From the NCBI GenBank assembly GCA_041484665.1, contig JBGPIA010000018.1:32545-96544 (forward strand): a stretch of DNA of 64,000 bases, read 5' to 3'. How positions within the stretch are numbered: the stretch's first letter is position 1; each line of letters opens with the position of its first letter. Under the pieces are notes generated by a model. The model was not told the DNA's origin and ran no database searches. It saw only the letters and a program-made list of their open reading frames with translations. Positions 1 to 9,500 of this stretch are shown here, piece after piece. Origin of the DNA: Candidatus Krumholzibacteriia bacterium. GTDB taxonomy: Bacteria; Krumholzibacteriota; Krumholzibacteriia; JAJRXK01. The translations under genes were made by a program, and so were the position numbers.

Positions 1-924
1 GAGGTACAGGCCGAACTGGCGCTGCGGTGGACGGCTGCGGCCGGCGCGCGTCTGGACTACGTGCACTACATCAGCGAGAACCACCAGGACCCCACGGTCG
101 ACGACCAGCGCACGCTCGACCACGTGTCGCCGCGGGTCTCGCTCTCGTTCAGGCCCAACCCTGATCACACGCTGTACGCGGCTGTCAACGGAGGGATCGA
201 AACGCCGGCCTTCAACGAGATCGACCCACCCCCGCCGTTCGACGCCCAGACTTCGCTCAACCCGTTCCTGGACCCCTCATACAGCCTCACCTTCGAGGTG
301 GGGGCCAAGGGAGAGCATCGCCTCGGCGACCGCTTCGACCGCGTCGGCTACGACCTGGCGCTGTACACGCTGGAAGTCCGCAACGACATCATCCCGTGGG
401 ACGGAGGCGCCTACTATCGGACGGCGGGCAAGTCGCGGCGCAGCGGCATCGAGCTGGGCCTCACCGGGGGCATGGACAACGGCTTCTCGGTGCGCCTGGC
501 CGGGACGTTCAGCCGCAATCGCTACATCGACTACGAGACGGGCGCCCCCGACGCGAACGACGTGCTGGTCGCGGTGCGCTACGACGACAACGAGACCGCC
601 GGCATCCCGTCGACGGCCGTGCGGGCCGCCGTGCGATACGAGCACCAGCGGGGCCCCTTCGCCGAGCTGGAGGGGCAGCGGGTGGGGAAGTACTGGGCCA
701 ACGACGCGAACACCGACCGCGTCGCAGCGTACACGCTGCTCGACGCCACGGTGGGAAGCACGATCCACGTCGCCGGGCGCAGCGCGCGCGTGTTCGTCTC
801 GGGCCGAAACCTGACCGACGAGAAGTACGCGGCGTCGGTCTACATCAACGGCGTCAACGGCCGCTACCTGGAGCCGGGCATGGAGCGCAATGTGTTGGCG
901 GGGATCACACTCGGCACGGAGTAG
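1..924 (+). CDS. TonB-dependent receptor, C-terminal barrel (5' partial)
   Basis: Frame is open from base 1. Motifs ARLDY, VSPRVSLSF, ETPAFNE, FEVGAKG, SRRSGIELG, AYTLLDA, GRNLTDEKY and PGMERNVLAG are typical of TBDR C-termini. Confidence 0.9.
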   Translation, partial: EVQAELALRWTAAAGARLDYVHYISENHQDPTVDDQRTLDHVSPRVSLSFRPNPDHTLYAAVNGGIETPAFNEIDPPPPFDAQTSLNPFLDPSYSLTFEVGAKGEHRLGDRFDRVGYDLALYTLEVRNDIIPWDGGAYYRTAGKSRRSGIELGLTGGMDNGFSVRLAGTFSRNRYIDYETGAPDANDVLVAVRYDDNETAGIPSTAVRAAVRYEHQRGPFAELEGQRVGKYWANDANTDRVAAYTLLDATVGSTIHVAGRSARVFVSGRNLTDEKYAASVYINGVNGRYLEPGMERNVLAGITLGTE

Positions 925-985
925 GCCGGCGCGCTGAGCGCCGCTCGACGACGCGGCGTGGCCCCTCGACCACGCCGCGGGCATT

Positions 986-1405
986 TCACGCCCACAGGCC
1001 CGCCGTGGCCGCCAGCGCCGCGGCCCACATCGCCGTCTCCCGCAGCCCCAGGAGCGGCAGCAGGATCAGGCCTCCGATCACCGCGGCCACGCTCCCGCCC
1101 AGCAGGTCGGCCCCATATAGCAGCCTGGCGGCTTGGGGCCTGTCTTCCAGCGCGCGCGCCACGCTGGCGAACGTGGCACCCGCCCCCGTCAGCCACAGAT
1201 TCCACGCGATCCCCGTGCGCATGCAGAATGCCGTCGTCGCGGCCACGGCGACCAGGGTCGCAAGCGCCGCGAGAATGCGCCGGCGATCCGGCGCCCTCCC
1301 ACCCACGTGCGCCCCAAGCGCCAGGCCCGCCATGAACGCCATCAACAGGGCACCGAGATCCTGGTACAGGACGCCGTTGCTGGCCTGGTACGCCAGTAAC
1401 AGCCA
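986..1405 (-). pseudogene. C-terminal membrane fragment of a fused MFS/spermidine-synthase-like protein
   Basis: Reads LLLAYQASNGVLYQDLGALLMAFMAGLALG...LYGADLLGGSVAAVIGGLILLPLLG. It has no 5' part and abuts the truncated transposase at about 1405. Confidence 0.6.
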
Positions 1406-2300
1406 GGGCCTTCACCTCTGGTGCTCGATCCAGGCCCAGGATGCGCCCCAGATTCTCGGGTGGGTGCTCCTTGAACCCCTCGGGTCGCTTGATCCGCAGC
1501 AGAGCCATCAGCAGCAGGGCGACGATCGTGGTGCGCAGGCCGTAGAACGCTGGGCCGATGCTGCCGTAGATCTCGCGGACACAGTCGAGCGCGCCGCTTT
1601 CCAGCAGAGGCGAGATGGCCAGCAGCACCCCCGCGCCCGGCACGCGCACGCCAGGTCGGAACAGGGGCGCTGCGTCATCGAGCCCTGCGAGATAGGTCAT
1701 CAGCCGGTCGAGGCGTCGGTCGGAGGGATCGGTGTCCATCGAGGGCACCGGCGACGGCTCCGGCGATGAAAAAGCGGACAGGTTTGGGTCCGCACCCTGC
1801 ATGGGCAATGGCGGGGCCAGCGACGGCTGCGGCCGCGTCCACCCCAGTCGCCGCAGCGTCTTGCGAACGGCCTTCTCGCTGACACCCAGCCGGACGGCGA
1901 TCTGGCGATTGGACAGCCCCTGCGTCTTCAGCCGAGTCACCTGGCGCGTGCGCGACGCAAGCGCGCGCGGATGGCCCTTCGGATATCCGCCGTCGCGGCC
2001 CAGCGCCGCCAAGCCGCCCTCTGCGAAGCGCTCCTGGTGGCGCCGCAGCGTCCTGGCGGAGTAGCCGAACGCGCGGGCGACGTCATTCTGGTCGGCCCAG
2101 CCCTGCTCGATGAGCATGACCATGACGTGTGCCTCGGCCATGCGATCGCCGAGCCCGTACTGCGCACGAGGGACGCCGGCGACGAGCACCAACCGGTGCG
2201 CATCCTGAGTGCGTACCAGGCACCGCTCGTTGACGAAGACGGTGCCCTGGGGCGTGTCGGATGGACGGAAGAGCTCCCCGGGCGGCGTGGTCGCGGCCAT
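1406..2300 (-). mobile_element. Truncated putative transposase (two HTH regions, catalytic C-terminus missing)
   Basis: QNDVARAFGYSARTLRR, SNRQIAVRLGVSEKAVRK, FYGLRTT..LLLMALLRIKRPE..K..LGRILGLDRAPEVK. Protein-like sequence ends at APEVK. Confidence 0.75.
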
Positions 2301-2354
2301 GGGGGAGACGATAGGCCAGCCGCCGAAAAAGCGGACAGGTTTGGGTCCGCACCC
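1768..2354. repeat. 30-bp exact direct repeat (1768-1797 and 2325-2354) with an internal palindrome
   Basis: GAAAAAGCGGACAGGTTTGGGTCCGCACCC occurs twice and contains GCGGAC-N8-GTCCGC. Confidence 0.9.
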
Positions 2355-2660
2355 CTGGCAGCCCAGGGACGCGGCTTCAGAGCCAAAAACCCGGGAAACC
2401 GCGAGGCCCTATGTCAGGAGATCTGGAGTCGTTTCCGGCGACGGGTGTGTTTTCTGTTCGCGCACTACGGCACCGTGGAATCGCGCGGGGCAGCGTGAGC
2501 ATCGTAGGATCCTCCTCGCAGCGGGACTCCATCGCACGATCACCGATCCATTCGGACCCTGCGGTGCTACTGCTTGCGACAAGCGGTCTGCGCAGGCGGA
2601 CCGCAGCCTGGCCGGACCGAACGCGATGGGCTCATCGGCGTGTCATCGGCGAGGCGCGGC

Positions 2661-4478
2661 TCAGCGTATCAGCACGAGTGAGCGCTCCAGCACGGCTCGA
2701 TCGGACCGCAGCCGCACGCGGTAGACGCCCGTGGCGACCCTCTCGCCGGCGGCATCCCTGCCGTCCCAGAGCCAGGCATGCCGCCCGACCCCAAGGTCGC
2801 CATCGAAGATCCGACACACACGGCGGCCGCGCAGGTCGAACACGGCTAGCTCAACGGGCTGCGCGAGGCCGGCGATGGTCTGGAACACCGCATGCGTACG
2901 TGCGGGATTGGAGCCGGCCAGTACGAGCCGCAGGCCCCCGGACAAAGAGCCTTCCCGCGCCGCGGACCCGAGGGCGTCCGGCGAGCCGGGGTCCACACCC
3001 GTGCCATCGCCAAAGAGCGTCCCCACCAAGGACACGCGCTGCGCGTAGATATCGTTCACGGCACCGGGGCGCGCGTCGGTCCAAGCCAGGGTTGCCCCGC
3101 CACGGAGGTCGGGCTCGAGCACCACCTCGGACTGCTGGCCTGGCGCGGTGCACACGGCGACGCCGCCGGCGTCCCACAGGGCGCCGCCCCCTGAGTCCAG
3201 CTTCTGGATGTAGACGTCTCCCGGGCCCGCGCGCAGGTCCTGCCACGCGCACAACCATCCCCCACCCACGGCAGGCACGACTGCGGGGGCCACCTGGAAC
3301 TGCGCGGCCTGGCACACCGCGCTGCCCCCGACTCCCCACAGGCCCGCGCCGGAGGCATCCACGCGCTGCGCATAGATGTCGCTGTCGGTGGACCCGCCGC
3401 GGAAGTCCCGCCAGACCAGGACGCAGCCGGTGGCGCCGTCCACGGTCATCGCGGGGGTATCCTGCGTCCCGGCCGCAGTGCAGATCCCGGCTCCGTTCGT
3501 CCCCCACTGGGGTGCTCCCGTAACGGACAGTCGCTGGGCGTAGATGTCCTCGGGGGTGCTGCGCAGATCGGTCCACGCAACGATGACACCGCCGGCGCCG
3601 TCGGGGGCCATGACGGGGTCCTTCTGCGTGCCGGGCGCGGGGCAAGCCACGGTGCCGTCCGAGCCCCATTGGCGCGCGCCGTTGGCGCCCACCCGCTGGA
3701 CTCGCAGGTCGTACCCTCCGCTGCCGGTGAAGCTCATGGCGCAGAAAGCCCCGCCTGCGCCGTCGCCGACGACTGGAAACGGCTTGAATCTGGGCGCGGA
3801 CCAACTGAGTCCCACGCTGAGCTCGAGGCCATCCGCGGCCCACTGGCGCTGGCCGGTGCCGTTCAAGCGCTGCCCGTACAAGTCGTAGTGCGGGAATCGC
3901 CGATCGATCCACGTAACGATCACTCCCCCCGCCCCGTCGCCGCAAATGCTCGGGAAGAGCACGATGGTCGGCGAAGAGGTCGCGACCGGCACGCCGGCCG
4001 GATCCCAGAGCGGCTGCCCGTCGGCGCCCAGGCGCTGCGCGTAGATGTCGCCGAGCGCGTCGCTGCGCAGGTCGGTCCAAGCCACGAATACGCCACCCTG
4101 CTCATCGGCGAGCACGCTGGGGTCGATCTGGTCGTTGGCCGCGCTGCAGACGGGTACGCCGTCCGCCGCCCACAGGGGGTTTCCCGCCGAATCGACCCGC
4201 TGGGCGTAGATGTCGGTCTTCGCGCCGGCCGCTCGTTGGTCGACCCACACCACGATCCAGCCTCCCAGTCCGTCCGCCACGATGCGAGGCGACGACTGGT
4301 TGTGGAACTCGCTGCACAGGGGGAGGTTCACCAGCGGGTCGGTCGACCAGCTCGCGTGGGCCGGCGGCGGAGCCATGCCGAACACGAGTGCCACCATCGA
4401 CGCCAGCACGATCGACACCAGCGTGAACAGCCCGGCGCGCACAGCGGTGCGCGAACTCTGGCCAGCGGTGGATGGCAT
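2661..4478 (-). CDS. Secreted beta-repeat protein with C-terminal FlgD-Ig/CTD domain
   Basis: GGAGG lies upstream of ATG 4478. Signal peptide ends PAHA. Repeats VxWxDxR...DIYAQRxxxxGxxxWxxxGVxVC. C-terminus VFDLRGRRV...WDGRDAAGERVATGVY. Confidence 0.85.
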   Translation of the reverse strand: MPSTAGQSSRTAVRAGLFTLVSIVLASMVALVFGMAPPPAHASWSTDPLVNLPLCSEFHNQSSPRIVADGLGGWIVVWVDQRAAGAKTDIYAQRVDSAGNPLWAADGVPVCSAANDQIDPSVLADEQGGVFVAWTDLRSDALGDIYAQRLGADGQPLWDPAGVPVATSSPTIVLFPSICGDGAGGVIVTWIDRRFPHYDLYGQRLNGTGQRQWAADGLELSVGLSWSAPRFKPFPVVGDGAGGAFCAMSFTGSGGYDLRVQRVGANGARQWGSDGTVACPAPGTQKDPVMAPDGAGGVIVAWTDLRSTPEDIYAQRLSVTGAPQWGTNGAGICTAAGTQDTPAMTVDGATGCVLVWRDFRGGSTDSDIYAQRVDASGAGLWGVGGSAVCQAAQFQVAPAVVPAVGGGWLCAWQDLRAGPGDVYIQKLDSGGGALWDAGGVAVCTAPGQQSEVVLEPDLRGGATLAWTDARPGAVNDIYAQRVSLVGTLFGDGTGVDPGSPDALGSAAREGSLSGGLRLVLAGSNPARTHAVFQTIAGLAQPVELAVFDLRGRRVCRIFDGDLGVGRHAWLWDGRDAAGERVATGVYRVRLRSDRAVLERSLVLIR

Positions 4479-4608
4479 GGGACGGCCTCCGAGGGTATGC
4501 GGCAGCGCGTGAATAGGAAGATCCGTTGGGGGGGCGGGTGTCACACGCGGCGGCGTGAATTGCTCGAACCCGGGTCGAATCCCGGCGCCGCGGGGGGAAC
4601 CGTTCTAG

Positions 4609-6449
4609 CCCTGAAACAAGCGAGTGGGGGGGACACGTGATGTAGATGAGCTGGTGAGAAGCGGACGCCGCGAAGGGCAATGCACCGTAGCCGATCGGCC
4701 GCGCCACCCCGATCGTCCCCCCTTCCCGCCGCCATCCGTGTCCTGCGCTCCCCGTCTCTTTGCGATCGTCCTTGCCTCGTCCGCTCCTCGTCCCCACCGC
4801 TTCCCCGTTCACTGCGGTCACGCGCTGCTGAGTCGCGCCGTCACCTGCATGCTCTGCAGCAAATAGTGCGCGCGGTCCGTCCAGGCCAACAGCCGCAGCT
4901 CCAAGCCACGCGCGGTGCGTACCACCTGGCACGGAATCCGGATCACCGCATGGTAGAAGCGCTTGAATTCCATCCGCAACACGTCTGCCTTCGCCTCCGG
5001 CTCCGGCAGCCTCATCCCAAACCACGCCTTCAGCGTCCACGCCAAGGAAGCGATCACCATGTACGCCCAGTTCGACTGCAAGTCGTACGCAGGCACCCGC
5101 AGCGCATTCACGCCGTTCTTCAGCTGCTCGATCACGTTCTCCTGGTCGCAGCGGCCGTTGGCCAGAGCCACGATCTCCCGCGCCGTGAGGTCCCCGTCGT
5201 TGGTGATGTAGAAGAAGTAGCGCAGGTCGTCGAACAGCACCTGGTCGCCCCGCTCCACCGACAGGTTCTTGCGTACGACCACCATCCGGTACGCACGCTT
5301 GCACTTGCCCGGCCGGTAGGGGAACTGCGCCACCCACTCCGCCTTCAGCTTGATGTTCACGTACCCGTTCTCCACCACGATCTGCTCTTTGACGTTCTCG
5401 CGCTTGGTCCGTCGTTCCCTGCTGCGGTCCCGTCGACGCTCCAGCGGTTCCCACGCCTTTTGCGGCAGATTCGCCGCAAATTCCACCAGCTTGGGCGCCG
5501 CGTCGTAGCCGAATACGAAGTGCACTCCGCGCTCGTCCCAACGATCCAGCTCCGTCGTCAGCGAAAAATCCGTGTCGCCGCGCAGCACCACCCGCTCAAA
5601 CTCCGGCTGGCACAGATCCAGCGCCTTGTCGATCCACTTCGCCGCGCCATCGTGGCTCGGCCGGTTGCCAGGACGATTCACCACGAACAGCGGCTCACGG
5701 GTGTTGGCCAACGTCACCAGCAACGGGGCATACCCCCAGATCCCCTTGTAGGAGATCCCCATCCCACGCTTCTTCTGCCCCACCGTCGGCGCCAGCGTCC
5801 CGTCCACGTCGATGAGCGCGCAACGACGAAAGTCCTCAGGTTGATCCCGCCATACCTGCACCCGCGTTTCGTTGGTCAGGTCCATCAGCCGCTCCACGTC
5901 CCGCGCTCCCAACCGCCGCACGAAGTCGCCGGCCGTCGTCGGATCTGGGATGCGCTCGGCGCCCAGCAGGTCCATGTACCCCTCGTCCTGCCGCAATACC
6001 TCCAGATCCTCCAGCTTCGTCCCCCCGGCCATCAGGTTGTAGGCGATGTTGAGCACGTGGTCCGACTCGTGGTAGGGCAAGTGGCGCTTCAGCAAGTGCA
6101 GGGCCTCGTCGATGGCACGGTCCAGGCCCAGCTCCCGCACCATCGTGTGGATCGCTCCGATCCCGCCCACCGCCGTAGCCGTCGCACGGTCCGAGACCGT
6201 GTACACCGGGCGCGGCCCGCGGAACATGGGCACCGGGCGATCCGCGCCCGCCTCGTGCCGCAGCCGCTCCTGGATTCTCTGCTTGCGTCGGCGCAGCGAT
6301 GCGTGGTTAAACTTCTTCACTCGAAATGCCCTCCTTGGCGGTCGGGAGTATGCTTATTACACCTCCTCAATAGCCGCTTTCGTAGGGCATTTCGAGCTTT
6401 TTCTTATCCCTTCACACCACATTCCGCCCGGGGCTCGCTTTTTCTGGGG
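4609..6449 (-). mobile_element. IS1380-family insertion sequence, apparently complete
   Basis: Imperfect 16-bp inverted repeats (12/16): CCCTGAAACAAGCGAG at 4609-4624 and CTCGCTTTTTCTGGGG at 6434-6449. Flanks are CTAG and CTGG, a probable 4-bp target duplication with one change. Confidence 0.75.
4818..6320 (-). CDS. IS1380-family DDE transposase
   Basis: PYHESDHVLNIAYN, IPDPTTAGDF, IDVDGT, ISYKGIWGYAPL, NRPGNRPSH, LRGDTDFS, RCDQENVIEQLKNG. Confidence 0.92.
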   Translation of the reverse strand: MKKFNHASLRRRKQRIQERLRHEAGADRPVPMFRGPRPVYTVSDRATATAVGGIGAIHTMVRELGLDRAIDEALHLLKRHLPYHESDHVLNIAYNLMAGGTKLEDLEVLRQDEGYMDLLGAERIPDPTTAGDFVRRLGARDVERLMDLTNETRVQVWRDQPEDFRRCALIDVDGTLAPTVGQKKRGMGISYKGIWGYAPLLVTLANTREPLFVVNRPGNRPSHDGAAKWIDKALDLCQPEFERVVLRGDTDFSLTTELDRWDERGVHFVFGYDAAPKLVEFAANLPQKAWEPLERRRDRSRERRTKRENVKEQIVVENGYVNIKLKAEWVAQFPYRPGKCKRAYRMVVVRKNLSVERGDQVLFDDLRYFFYITNDGDLTAREIVALANGRCDQENVIEQLKNGVNALRVPAYDLQSNWAYMVIASLAWTLKAWFGMRLPEPEAKADVLRMEFKRFYHAVIRIPCQVVRTARGLELRLLAWTDRAHYLLQSMQVTARLSSA

Positions 6450-6555
6450 CTGGCCCCCTGGCCTACTCCGGATCAACGGGGCCGCCCCACTTTCTCATGG
6501 AAAGTATGCTGCAGCGCCCGTCTGCGCTGCGAACCCCGACCGGGCTGGTGCGCTT
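6450..6555 (-). promoter_or_regulatory. Duplicated promoter cassette, copy 1 (-10 box interrupted by IS1380)
   Basis: First 52 bp are 50/52 identical to 12807-12858. Minus strand reads TTGATC-N18-[TAGAAC once the IS is removed]. Confidence 0.65.
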
Positions 6556-9500
6556 ACTTCAGGAGCACCAGCCGCTGCACCTGGCCCACGACGTTCCCCT
6601 CCAGCGAGAGCCTCGCGAAGTAGACGCCGCTGGCCACGGTGCGGCCGGCCGCATCCAGGCCGTGCCAGGCGATCTCGTGCGTGCCCGCCTCGAGGCGGAC
6701 GCTGCCCAGCAACTCCGTCACGCGCCGCCCGCGGACGTCGTACACCGCCAGCGCCGCCTTCCCCGGCTGCGCCAGGTCAAAGCGCAGCACGGTGGACGGG
6801 TTGAAGGGGTTGGGCGCGGGGGCATAAAGCCGCGTGCTCGCCGGAGGGGGCGGCGGCTGCACGGCGGTCAACACCGGCGCACACGGCGGGCCGTCGATGC
6901 CGATGATCGCGATGCTGCACATCGCAGCCGGGTGCAAGAGCGGGGAGTCGTCCCGCAGCGCGTAGTTGAACCCCAGTGGCTGACAGTAGCGCGGGTCCAC
7001 CATCATCACGCCGGTGGTATCCATCAGTCCGCCGGCCAGGGAGATCGGCTGGGCGTTGCCGAACAGTGCGCCGCAGATGAACGACACGTGCCCGGTCGCC
7101 TCGGCCGCCAGCGGCGGACCGTTGGGGCCATTGGTGGCCGTCACGAAAAACACGTCGAACGAAGTCCCGGCGCTGTGGATGGCGCTCGCCCCCAGACCCC
7201 AGGTGACGTTGCGGTCGAAGACGCACTGCTGGACCACAGAGGAGCCCGAACCACCACCGTACACCGCCCCCCCGCGCGCGCCCGCGTCGTTGAGCACGAA
7301 CAGACTGCGCTCCACGTCCAGCGCGCCGCCCAACAGCGCGATCGCTCCGCCGTCGAGCAGCGCGCCGTTCTCCAGGAAGAAACAGCCGTCGATGGTCGGC
7401 CCGCCGCCGGTCACCGCAATGGCCCCCCCGCGCTGCGTGGCCCGGTTGCTCTCAAACCGTACATTGCGCACGTGCGGCGTACCGTTGTTGCTGACCAGCA
7501 GACCCGCGCCGTTGGCCGCGCTGCCGCCCCGCACGGTGACCCCAGCCAGCACCGCGCTCGCATCCACACCGTTGGCGGTCACGATCGGATTGCCGCCGGC
7601 GCCACCGGTGATGACGATGGAAGCAGGATTGCCGCCCGCACCGACGATCTCGACTCCGTTTCTCAATGCAATGGACTCATTGTAGGTGCCTGGACGCACC
7701 AGCACGCGCGTGCCCGATGCCACAGCCGCCAGCGCTGCGTTGATGGTCAGGTAATTGCCCCCACCGCTCTTGTCCACGACGACCTGCGCAACGCCGGGCT
7801 GCGCGTTGGGCTCACCCGGCGTGCGGGGACCGTACACCAGCACATTACCGCCGCCGCACTCGGGCCAGTTCGCGCCTTTGTTGCCCAGATAGACCGCCAG
7901 GCCGTCGGGGACGCGCGTCAGCGCGTCGTTGGGCGCCGGAGGTGGAACGGGACCTCCGCTCCAACCCACCTGGTCGACGCGCTGGTACTGGCCGTCGGAC
8001 GTGATCTTGTACAGGTACAGCAGGTTGGAGTTGATGTTCTGGGTGAACGATCCGGCCGCGCCCTGCTGCAACAGGCGGATCTGCCCCGGTCCCAGATTCA
8101 GCCCGCCGCCCAAGGTCGTCAGGAAGTTCACGCCATCGCTGAGCGCGAACTGGCTGAGCACGACCGTGCTGCCCAGCGGGTTGTACAATTCCACGTAGTC
8201 ACTGCCGGAGCTGCTGGTGTACAGCACCTCGTTGAGCAGGATCGACTGCCCCAAGGCCGGCGCTGGCACCGTGTTGGTTTGGGCCAGTGTCTGGGCGCTG
8301 GCCTCGAAGCTGCTTTGGTCGGAGGCGTCACGGCCGGTGCCCTCGACGCGACTGACCGTGAATCCGGCCGGAACGGTCGGCGCTCCGCCCTGCGAGCCGT
8401 AACCGACGATGTCGAGGGTGAACCCCGTGCCCGCCGGCGGCAGCAGCTCCAGCGTCCCGCCCTCGTTGGGCAGGTCGATCACCGTGAGTGTGTGCACGAG
8501 CAGCCCGCCGCCAGGAATGACGCCCGAGAGCGACTCCTCGTCCGGCGACGGGGCACCCGGGCCGTTGCTTAGCCGGAACCCGGTCAAGTCGAGAGCGGTG
8601 CTGGACAGATTGCGGATCTCGACCGCCTCGCCAACCTTGGCGACCCCGGCAGCAGCGGAGCCGCCCAGCTTGGGCACGCCGCCTGACGGCGCGAACTCGT
8701 TGATCAGCAGATTGGGGAAGGCAAACGCCGGACCGGCAAACAGCGTGGTCACCGTGTGCGTCTTGGCGACACCGATGGCCCGCACCCCATAGTAGTAGGC
8801 CGTGAAGTCGGTGGCGGTGGGGTCCACGTACGTCGCGGGCGCGGTGCCCGAGACCGTGGCGATGGGCGCCAACGCTGCGTCCGTCAGCTCGCACGGATCC
8901 TTCGAGCGCAGGATCTCGTATTGCGCCACCGGCTCGGCCGGCACGTAGGCGCTCCAGTCCAGCCGCACGTGCCCGCCGCCATCTTGAGGGAGGTCGACAG
9001 CGGTGAGCTCCGGAGTGGCGGTCACGCACGGGTACATGGCCAGCCCCTGGCCATAGGTACCCGTAGCCGTCAAGAGTGAGTGGCCGTCGACGATCGATCC
9101 GGTCAGGGGGTCGATCCGCTGCACCGCGTTCAATTCGGTCCCCATGGCCCACAGCTCATCGCCGAAGAACTCCATATCGTCGAATGCCCAGGCAGCGCCG
9201 CTCGTTTGGCCGATGAATGTAACTTGCAGAGTGTTCGCGTTGATTCGGTAGAGACCCTGATCGCTCGGCGAGGTTGTGAGGCCGTAGAGCAGTCCCGAGG
9301 GCGAGAACGCCAGCGTTACGATGCTCGTGTGGGGTTGGGCCGCGAACTGCAGCGTGCCCAACGACGCAAACGTCCCGGTCGCCGCGTCGATCCGGCCCAG
9401 CTGCTGCGCTCCGGTGGGTCCGCGCAGTGTGTAGAGGCCAGTGCCGAACGGGTCCAGCGCAAGGCCATTCAGCGGATTCCATGCGGATACGTCCACGTTA

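Noticed and set aside
864..2300. 478-aa ORF as an intact transposase
   Set aside because: Transposase-like sequence stops at APEVK (about 1406); the rest is out-of-frame read-through.
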